In this document: positions 55,131 through 64,000 of the stretch, one piece after another
Numbering within the stretch: the first letter of the stretch is position 1
How the letters are laid out: each line of letters begins with the position of its first letter
Source of the DNA: Camelus dromedarius
Taxonomy: Eukaryota
DNA length: 64,000 nt
Assembly (NCBI RefSeq): GCF_036321535.1
Contig: NC_087437.1
Span: 13,642,001 to 13,706,000 of the forward strand
Reading direction: 5' to 3'
Translations under genes and position numbers: made by a program
Notes under the pieces: model-generated
Seen by the model: the letters and a program-made list of their open reading frames with translations, nothing else
Database searches by the model: none
What the model was told of the DNA's origin: nothing

Positions 55131-57820
55131 AGATGCTTGTATATGTAAATACCTATGTACAGTAAGTATTTTACATGTTCCTCAGTTAATTGGTGGGAGA
55201 AAGCAATGCAAGTTGATTCGATGTAGATGTCTTTTTATCTTGCATATCATTTCATATGTCATTGTCACAAAATAAAATACTAATGTGTATCCCTAAGTAT
55301 ATAAGGATGATATGCTTGCCATCCATTCGTTCGCAGAACTCAAAGAGCTTGACTCTCACAAAAAACAATAAAATTAAGGCAGGCTAGGCTGTATCCTTCT
55401 GGTAAGGAAGCGAAATGCTAATGTGTGGAAAATAGAATTAATCATACCGCCCTGCAAATGATCATAACTAGCGCCTGCTTTGGGCTGGCCCAGTTGGTTC
55501 TGACCTTGTTTCATTTCCTTTACACTGCTTCCTTCTTCTCAACTCAGTCATCTCTTCCCTTTCCCAAGCCCTCATTTTAGTTAGGGCTTCTTGCTGCTAT
55601 TTCTGTTTCTGTTACCATTCTCTTTAACTAATGCAACAGTCTGTGCCTGAAACAGTCTTCCTACCAGTTACCTGAGCAGTCTCACCATTATTTAAGCAGT
55701 TCAGGGTATCTTTCCCCAAGATAGTCAATAACTAGATAATGACTGTCCCCTGAGTCTTTTGGTTTGAAAATGGTGTCTCTCTATCCTTAGCTAAACATAG
55801 ACTCTTTGATCTAAGCTGATAATGTACCATATCTTGGCTTAATGCTTTAGATGCTGTCTGGATGCTCTGTAGACGCGTATAAGTTTGAACCAAAAATCTT
55901 AAATTGTAAACTTGAGTAATACAGGAATTATGTGAGTGACTGTCTCTGCGTGGTGACTGATGAAGATCACTTAATAACATTTTGCGCTGATGATGACAAT
56001 GACAATTAAGATGATGATGTTGCAGATCTGGGTAGATGCTGGTGGAGGAGTTAAAACCGTATTTCCCATTTCTAACCATATTGTTAGGGCAGATGTTTCC
56101 AACTTGTGTTACAAGTAAAAGATAAGGAATCACTGGGGTAATACTCAACAGATTTCTTTCCTATAGTCCATCTCAGAGTCTTAAATATAGTGATGTGTGT
56201 CAGCATTCTCCAAATATGGAAAGTTCTACATTCTAATATACTTAGTCATGAAACTTTATTTTTTTTTTTAGGAAACATCTATTAACATCTTTGATGATAT
56301 TAGCTATTTTGTGGACCCTATTTGGGAAAACACAGTCTACTGATTCTAAATACGTCTACATGACCTGTGATATTCAGCATTGTTTATCTTTTGACTATGG
56401 AAAAATCATGACTGTCACAGAAGATCTGAGTCATATTTGGAATTATGTGTATTTTCAGCTTATAAACTATTGGGTGCTTCTAAGTAGAGTCTGATTTATT
56501 TTTTGGGAATTAATCAGGAATACCAGTATACCAGTACTGGCTTTAAGTACAATCAAGGGTGATTTTTACCAGTTATCTGTTAAAAGTCTTTCTCCCGAGA
56601 TTCATTCTATCGTTGCTATTAGACACTGAAAAGGCAGTATCAAGGCTATATGGATTTTTAAATGGGTGATTAATTTTAATTTGGGGCATTTTAAGAACAT
56701 TTTATGCCATGTCTATCACATATTGCTTGAATTTGATCATTTAAACCATGTCTCCGCATTCTATTCACAATTTTGAATGTAACTGTAAATAATTTTGTGT
56801 TCATTATTAGGCATCTTATTTTCTGTTTATCATAATAAGAAATTTTGCAATATATTTTAATACAGGAATATGCTTTTGAAAGTAGATGTAATGTTTATGT
56901 TTTCAAAAATTTAATGACAGTAGAACTGAAAAGGGTAGCCATAAATTTCAAAATAACACTGGAATTATTATTTTAAAAAAGGGAAAATAAAAGCTCATGT
57001 AAGAACATCCCTAAATTCCTTTACACCTCTGGTTTTTCATTGCTATTTAGTTGATTTGCTGCAAAAATATGAAGATATTCATTGCCCACAATCCTGAATC
57101 TATGAAAATATGCAGATTAAAAAATGATAGGCATGCCTTTCACTCCACTACAAGCCAAGGACACTTGAAATCGTAAGATGCTGGGAGTCAAGAACAGAGA
57201 CATTCATACTCTCCATGGAAGGCTTCATATACTCAGATCAAGAGTAGAAAATGAAAATTCAAAACCCCTCCAGGGAGGAGAGTGATGATGGAGATGGCCA
57301 TTTCTATGAACAGTATCCCTTTGGAAAATGAGAATTACTCGTCATTTCTCTGCAGTTACAAATCACAAAAGAACTGAATTTACCAAGGTCATATCCTGGA
57401 AATATATTGTCAAGCCAAAGAGCAAGCAGTTGAATAATCTTATGTGTGATTCATAAGAACAACTTGTTGAATCACAGGGGGAAAAAGTGCTGGAGACTCA
57501 ACTAACCGCAAAAAAGAACCTAATTTCCATATAATGATTTTAACAGGATGTTCTTAAGACCGCTTTCTCCCACCATGGCTAAAAGTTATCTTTGGGGAAG
57601 ACTTATAGAATAATTTCAATAGTGGTTACCAGACAGCTTCATTAGCTAGAAAGGAAGGCTGTTCCTCCGGGCATAAAAAAGACAACTTTGGGAGAATGAA
57701 TTCCGTAGGACCATGCCTCCTACAGCAACTTTAGCCACTTAGGATGTGTTACTGGTTGTTGAGGTCAATTTGATAATTCAGTTACGTGTAGGCTCCTTGG
57801 AAAAGTCAAGAGACAACAGA

Positions 57821-58270
57821 TGTATAGTAGACACTGTCAGGGCCTACATCCCCTCATTCAAACCACTTCAAAGCAGGCTGGCCAGCACCTACCACTTCCG
57901 AACACCAACACCTGCCTTTTCTTTCCCTGAGGATTTCTCCAGCCTCTAGAATCTGCTTTGTCCACCCTTACAGAAGGCCAGAAATGCCAGGGAACTCACA
58001 TCCCCTGAGGGAAAAAAGCCTCAAACAATGACTAATGGAAAACACAGACAAATAACCCAGCTCCCTGAGTCCTGGAGTGAGAGAGCAAAGGGGCGTGGCG
58101 TGTTCTAGCTGGCTCTCAGATTTCCTCATTGGGGTCAGGCTCCAGCCACCACAATGGTAACATGCTTGAAAATAAAAACTTTATTAAACCATTCTTTTCT
58201 CCCCTGCCAGAGCTTCCTGGGATTGCCTCCTAAATAAAATAATTGTACTCTAATCTTTGTGCCCCAAGTT
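57821..58270 (+). mobile_element. ERVL LTR relic (LTR16-like)
   Basis: tgtatagtagacactgtcagggcc start; cttcctgggattgcctcctaaataaaataattgtactctaatctttg near the end. Confidence 0.7.
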
Positions 58271-59523
58271 GTGCCCAGCAGTGAAATTGCAGGAATCCAG
58301 AACTGGATAAAATTAATAAAATAGAGCATATGTGTAGAGCATCAATAAGGATCATGTTAGAATATAATATACAGCCCCAGTTACCTGAAGTTTCTTATTT
58401 AGGGGAAGCAAATGGCAACGCATAACAACAAATCCCTTTCCCACAAACACGGCTTAAACTAACCAGAAGTGACTCTTTGCTTAGTTGCATGTTCCCCCTT
58501 GCATTCTGCTGCGTCCAGCGCAGCTGGGGACCATATCTGAGGATGGGCGACGTAAGACTTAAGAAACAAAGAGACAAAGTAAAGAGCAAAGATGGGACCA
58601 GGGGACTCAAGATCTCGTGGATCTAGAGCACTGAAAGCCTGCTCGACATCATATTTATTAGGAGTATGCAGCTCAGAAAAAAATGCGATCAAAGACGTGG
58701 GGCTTTAGATGTTCCGTGTGATGAGCACTAAATTCTGCTTGCTGGTTAACTGATGAATTTCAGGCCCATCCCTTCCAGGAACAATCACCCTCCTCGGGGT
58801 ATGCAAAATTTCTGAGTCTATCCTGTCATTGCCTCCGGGACATCTCAAGACAGCAGATACTTCCCTTGGGTCAAACAGCATGCTTTCGTGCCAGAACCAA
58901 GTTCTGTTAATGGGTGATCTGGCTTTCCAGGACCCATTGTTTCACCCTAAGGAAATATCTGCCCTCCTTCATGCCCATGTCAGTCTCAGGATTTCTCCTC
59001 ACAAATTTCATCTACTGTGTAAAACATTAAAACAAAGCAAGCATGTGCAATTTCAGCAAGTAAGTGTGAATACAGTATTTTAAGCTCATGGAAATTTTAG
59101 GTGCGGCTTGTTTTCCAGTTGTTTATTTTCCAGCAGCTTGTTTCCCAGCACATTCTATAAAAGTAATAGGTACATTCCATTGATAGAAATCTGAATTTAC
59201 AGCTCTTCTAGAATGGGACAAACACTTCATTTAAAACATGTAGAAATGCTTTTCATTATGTTCATTATGTTTTTATGGGAGTAATTTACTATGAAGCGAT
59301 CACCCTTTCTTTTCCAACCGAGATTATAGCAGCTTCATTCATACAAAAGATGGGCAGCATACCTTCTGCCCAAAGTTGCATCATGTCTAAGCCAAGATAT
59401 TTTACAAAATTTTTTAAAATAAAAGTTGGGGGTAAAACCCTGGAATCAAGATAGAGAAATCAGATCTAACATCGAGCTGTCTAAATTGATATTTCATATT
59501 TGAAAGCGAACTCTAGATCTTAC

Positions 59524-59579
59524 CTGTTAGAAGTAAAATCGTAATAACCACTTTCCTCTAGGACTTGTTCAATCACAGT
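59524..59579 (-). CDS. NEK10: NEK10 penultimate coding-exon homolog (56 nt; acceptor TG instead of AG)
   Basis: Encodes TVIEQVLEESGYYDFTSN(R). Donor is CAG|gtaaga. The 82-nt upstream intron has a TACTAAC branch point (59608-59602) and a T tract but ends in caacttttg|. Confidence 0.88.
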
Positions 59580-59661
59580 CAAAAGTTGAAAAAAAAATCA
59601 GGTTAGTATTGAATTAGAAGCAACACAATAAAATCATTCAGAGGCACTGCAGAAACCTCAC

Positions 59662-59714
59662 CTGCATCTGTTCATATGTTATCTTCTCCTCCAAATCAAA
59701 GCCAGAGGGTAGAT
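59662..59714 (-). CDS. NEK10: NEK10 coding-exon homolog (53 nt; acceptor GG instead of AG)
   Basis: Encodes (D)LPSGFDLEEKITYEQMQ. Donor is CAG|gtgagg. The expected acceptor reads ctatttcgg|. Confidence 0.85.
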
Positions 59715-61059
59715 CCGAAATAGGTAAATTACAGCAAGTCTGATATTTGGTTCACATTGTTAGATTTAATTAGAAATCGTGACTCAACTGCAGTGAAAAT
59801 GGGTCAGTCTCTTAATGATGAAGTTGTGTATTTACGAACACATCTCAAACCATCTTGGCTTTAAATACTCAAACACTTTGTTTGTCTTCCTTTCATAGCT
59901 GGCTGCTTTTGAAGTGTCCATCACAAAATAATACACAAGATTTATGGGCATTGCTCACAGTTTAAATTGGCCAATTAAGTTAGGGGTGTGTGTGTGTGTG
60001 TAAGGCTAGGTGACAAATGATTCTAAACACAAACTCCCTGATAGGCAAGTTTTTTGATTAAGAAACTCTCTCCCTAATCCACAAGGCAAAAAGAGTAGAT
60101 GTGTACTAGAAATAAAATAAATTCGTAGAGGGAGGCAGAAATAGCCAGTGAAAGACAACAAATTTCTAACCCTTTCCTATGTCTGCCTAGAGGGAAATAA
60201 AATACATTTAATGCCGAAAGAAAATACTTCTTTTAATGTTTGGTCTGGGTGTGGTATACCAGCACATTAACCCACCCCGGGGCCACCCAGAGCCATGTTG
60301 ACCAGCTTCCACTCAAATCAATTAACACTGACTTGCGAGGAGGTCCAGGAGCTCCCTGCCTCTTAGGGAGGAGAAAAGAGAATGGACTGGAGTTAAGGTG
60401 AGGCATGGGAATGTGAGTCCTGGCAGCTTGTTTTCCAAACCCAGCTTTAAAGGTGCTGCCCGAAGTGCTCGCTGGTTCTGCTGTCTTTGCTCTTGGCCCA
60501 CCTGTCATGACGAGGGACATGCCGGTCCCCTCTGGGGGGGCATTCAGCTTCTGGAAGAGCCGGTCAAATCCCTATTGAGCTACTGAGAGATTTTTACCAG
60601 AGCCCTTCACTCCCCAGAGCTGCTGTTGTAAGAAGTCTGGCCTGTGGCTGACTGATCTGCTCTGGGGGGTGCTTGTCAAGGAAAATGACTTTAGACAACG
60701 ATTTACCTTGATCTTACAGGTTTCTCAGGGACTATTTTTAAGTGAAATTCTGCCTACACTAGATTAGCTTTATGCCAGGAGTCCAAGACGTAGGGAAATT
60801 TTGATAATTAAAACATGAAATGATTTGCCTGAATGAGGCAACAGCAGAAGCACAACAGAGGTGAGCACGTTTCTTGGCGGAAGAGATGGCAAGTCTTCAT
60901 TTAACCACAAAAGCTTCGTGTCTGTCCACCCCACTGGGGAACGTAACCATAGTCTACAGGCATTCACAAACTGTCTAGGGGCCCTGAGACCTCAACAAAG
61001 CCCAAAGACCTTTTCTGAGAGTCAGCTATCACAGGCAGAGCACCTTCACTGAGTCCCTA

Positions 61060-61265
61060 CTAACGGCTAAGTATTTTTTATAGATTTACGCTGATCCTTG
61101 CTATAACCCTAAGATGCAGGTACCATTTTTATCCCTATTGAACTGGGGTTCAGCAAGCTCAAATGATTTGCCCAGGTCAGCTACCAAGTGCTTGAGCCAA
61201 GATACGAATCTAGGAATCCAGGTTTACAGCACATGCACTTTTAATCCCTATGCTATACTGCCTCC
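61060..61265 (-). mobile_element. MIR SINE in a NEK10 intron
   Basis: aaccctaagatgcaggtaccatttttatccc...aactggggttcag...atttgcccaggtc. Confidence 0.75.
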
Positions 61266-61700
61266 CTATGTGAGATTTTATGCAGAAAAAAGAGGAAAAG
61301 GATTAAATATGTCTGATGTGGATTCTTCAGGCAAGTTTCAAATTTTCTGTTTTATTCAAACTCTTCATTTCTGCTTTTTTTAATCTCCCTGGATGCTTTG
61401 GGGCATTTGATTCCCGCATCATTAGATAAGCAAGAAGAAACTGAAAGGAAATACAATTTACACACACAGATTCTGCTGTTTGTTGGTGGTATTAATAAAG
61501 ATTAAGGAAGCTGTCACAAGTGTGAAAACAAATCTCAGGGAATTTCTATGTTCCTACCGTATGTCTTTTCCAACTACTGCCATCAGTAATTAAAATAAGT
61601 TCTTTTCCTTTTAAATTAAAGATAAGCTTTTAAGCATGGCTGTTGATCCAAACCATCTGTTTCTTTGTGAAAGCCAGATTTCCTGTGTTGAAGACATTAC

Positions 61701-61795
61701 CTGTTGGGTCATTTGGGGACAGGCTGTTGCCACCAATGAAATGGTAATTTGCTGCGAAAATTTTGGGCTCAGTTGATCCTGGAAATCCCAGATAA
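61701..61795 (-). CDS. NEK10: NEK10 coding-exon homolog (95 nt, frameshifted)
   Basis: Acceptor ttgctctgtttcag| and donor ACAG|gtaatg. It reads LS, then after a frame change GFPGSTEPKIFAANYHFIGGNSLSPNDPT (recalled human LSQGSPEPIEPNFFTADYHLLHRSSGGNSLSPNDPT). Phase-0 reading gives LSGISRIN* with TGA at 61771-61769. Confidence 0.85.
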
Positions 61796-61868
61796 CTGAA
61801 ACAGAGCAAGCAAAACTTCATCTTGTTTTACACTCGTAAGCAAATGACATGAGCCCTCTGTGTGTGTT

Positions 61869-62335
61869 TGTAACCAAGCAGGACCCTGTGGGGTCTCCCC
61901 AGGACAGATCTCTCCCCTGTATCCTCTGCTGCAGCTCCTCTCTGCAGTACCCAGGTAACAGTATCTCATGTATATTTCTTGAGTTTTTCAGATGCTTAAA
62001 ACCACCACTAAAGGGAAGAAATTGACTACTTGATGATCAAGAGCACATGGTCCCCAGATCTTTGGGGCCTAGGGGTTGATAGTCCTGTTACCTCAACATC
62101 AACCAATCAGAGGATTGTGCACGACCTGATCACGTATCCGTGACACCCCCTCCCTCACCTGGCCTTTAAATACGCTTTGCTGAAACCCTTTGGGGAGTTC
62201 GGTGTTTTCCTGGACACCAGCCACCCCATCCTCCTTGCTCAGCCCTGCAGTAAACCTTTCTCTGCTCCAAACTCCAACGTTTCAGTTTGTTTGGCCTCCC
62301 GGTGCGTCACGCACATGGACTCGTCTTCGGTAACA
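61869..62335 (+). mobile_element. ERV1-class solo LTR in a NEK10 intron, antisense to the gene
   Basis: TGTAAC...GGTAACA termini, CCAAT box, tttaaa, agtaaa; flanks tgtt / ggtt (3/4 TSD). Confidence 0.88.
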
Positions 62336-63019
62336 GGTTTTCCATTTCTCTACCTCTGCACAGAAGATTTAGTGCCCTGTGGTTTTCAATCCTTCGTATA
62401 CAGATTTATTCCTTTCAAAAGAACTTATAAATTGGAGGCAGGCAAATTACAGTGAAAACAAGTTAGACAATGTTTTGGTAACATGAGAAAAAAAAAAACT
62501 CTACATAACTTTATGAGAGCAAAAGTAAAAATGGATAGAAAAATAATGGCGTGGGCATGGAACACCCACATGTTACCTGTATCAGGTGGAGGAAGACTTA
62601 ATTCCATTTATTCAACAGAATAAGTTATCCCAAATCATCATCCTTTTTCAGTGTATCATCTTTTGCAAATATTTTTTCCCATTCTGCAGGTTGTCATTTT
62701 GTTTTACTTCACTGATTGGAACCTTGAAGACAGGAGTGTTTGAAGCTTCCAGTGCCAGTGTCACACCAGCAGTCTCCGTTAGCCTAAAAGGAATGTGAAT
62801 GCTCAGAGCAATGAGCCCATGGAAAAAGCCAAAGACAAGAATTCCTTAGTCTTGTGTCTGAGCCCCAGATACATTTATTTTTTATTCTCAGACCTTTCCA
62901 GAACTTCTTTTTACAATTGAGTTTTTGATGTACATACTATTTTAGCAAATCTTTTTGCCCTTTACTATGTGTTGTGACCTGAGCAGGCTTTGGAAATTAG
63001 AGATGAAAACCTTTTCAAT

Positions 63020-63636
63020 ATATCCAGAGGAAACTCTAATTTGAAAAGATACATACACCCCAGTGTTCATAGCAGCACTATATGCAATAGCCATGACATG
63101 GAAACAGCTTAAATGTCCATCAATAAATGACTGGGTTAAGAAGTTGTGGTATATCTATACAACAGAACACTACTCAGCCATAAAAAAGAATAAAATAGTG
63201 CCATTTGCAGCAACATGGATGGACCTGGAGATTGTCATTTTAAGTGAAATAAGCCAGAAAGTGAAAGAAAAATACCATATGATACTCGCATATGTGGAAT
63301 CTAAAAAAAAAGAAAAAAGAAGACACTAATGAACTCATCTACAAAACAGAAACAGACTCACAGACAGAGTAAACAATCTATAGCTACCAGGGGGAAAAGG
63401 GGTAGGGAGGGATAATTGGGAGTTTGAGATTTGCAAATATTAACTACTAGATATAAAATAGATAAATGATAAGTTTCTACTGTATAGCACAGGGAACTAT
63501 ATTTAATATCTTATAGTAACTTATAATGAAAAAGAGTATGAAAACGAATATATGTATGCATATGTATAACTGAAACATTATGCTGTACACCAGAAATTGA
63601 CACATTGTAACTGACTATACTTCAATTTAAAAAAAG
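63020..63636 (+). mobile_element. 5'-truncated L1 (ORF2 end plus 3' UTR) in a NEK10 intron
   Basis: ORF MFIAALYAIAMTWKQLKCPSINDWVKKLWYIYT...; degenerate TSD atgaaaaccttttcaat (63003-63019) / atgaaaatattttcaat (63646-63662). Confidence 0.93.
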
Positions 63637-64000
63637 GGAAATAAAATGAAAATATTTTCAATCCACATACACTGAGGATCTCTTCCATTTATTAGCACCA
63701 TGTTGGGCTCCATGGAGGACACATAAATTACCTGGCCTCCATGAGACATGCAACTTGCCAAAACAAGCTGATGTATGTGAAACAACAGGACAATGAAGTA
63801 TGAAATGAAATGCTGAAATCTAAACTTACACAAAGAAGGATGCTTCATGAAGACCAGCATGGTTTTTTAGAAGCTCTGCAGAAGACATAGTGGAGCCAAA
63901 CCTCAAAGGCTGGATCTGAGTGAAAGCAAGGAAGCCAATTAGACATTCCAGGTAAGAGGAACTTGAGGGCCTAGGCTGGGCATTGCCTATTAACAGCAAA

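Larger units (their letters stand above)
59524..64000 (-). pseudogene. NEK10: 3' portion of the NEK10 (NIMA-related kinase 10) locus, with apparently inactivated C-terminal exons; the gene continues past the window end
   Basis: Three minus-strand exons in the right order translate to ..GGNSLSPNDPT / DLPSGFDLEEKITYEQMQ / TVIEQVLEESGYYDFTSN. This matches the human NEK10 C-terminus as recalled (..GGNSLSPNDPTGLPTSIELEEGITYEQMQTVIEEVLEESGYYNFTSNR..). Gene identity is strong. Pseudogene status is inferred from one frameshift and two lost acceptors. Confidence 0.7.

Noticed and set aside
58907..58946. Candidate alternative NEK10 last exon (ttccttag|G GTG AAA...CAT TAA; RVKQWVLESQITH*)
   Set aside because: Phase-compatible, but the pyrimidine tract is weak and there is no similarity to the recalled ortholog; unsupported without RNA data.
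28515..62335. The two related LTRs as ends of one provirus
   Set aside because: They are 33 kb apart and clearly diverged, host sequence including NEK10 exons lies between them, and the second has its own near-TSD.
1..64000. CRISPR arrays, operons or other prokaryotic systems
   Set aside because: The sequence is mammalian throughout; I saw no repeat-spacer array or gene-dense foreign insert.

Overview
Mammalian genomic DNA, most likely camelid: it carries a Vic-1-like tRNA-derived SINE and artiodactyl-type L1 3' ends, and I see no Alu, B1, Bov-A, PRE1 or SINEC. Roughly the first 53 kb is intergenic and repeat-rich (L1, L2, MIR, MaLR/MLT1, ERVL LTR16/MLT2, ERV1 solo LTRs, hAT and mariner MITEs). 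The right end holds three C-terminal exon homologs of NEK10 on the minus strand (61795-61701, 59714-59662, 59579-59524), identified against my recollection of the human protein. All three look damaged: a frameshift with an early stop in the first, and GG and TG in place of the acceptor AG in the other two. The last coding exon could not be found. The main candidate discovery is lineage-specific decay of NEK10, or at least of its C-terminus. Nearly all listed ORFs are spurious; the exceptions are L1 ORF2 remnants and ORFs overlapping the NEK10 exon at 61701-61795. Repeat families were assigned by eye, and their boundaries are approximate unless a target-site duplication (TSD) is quoted.
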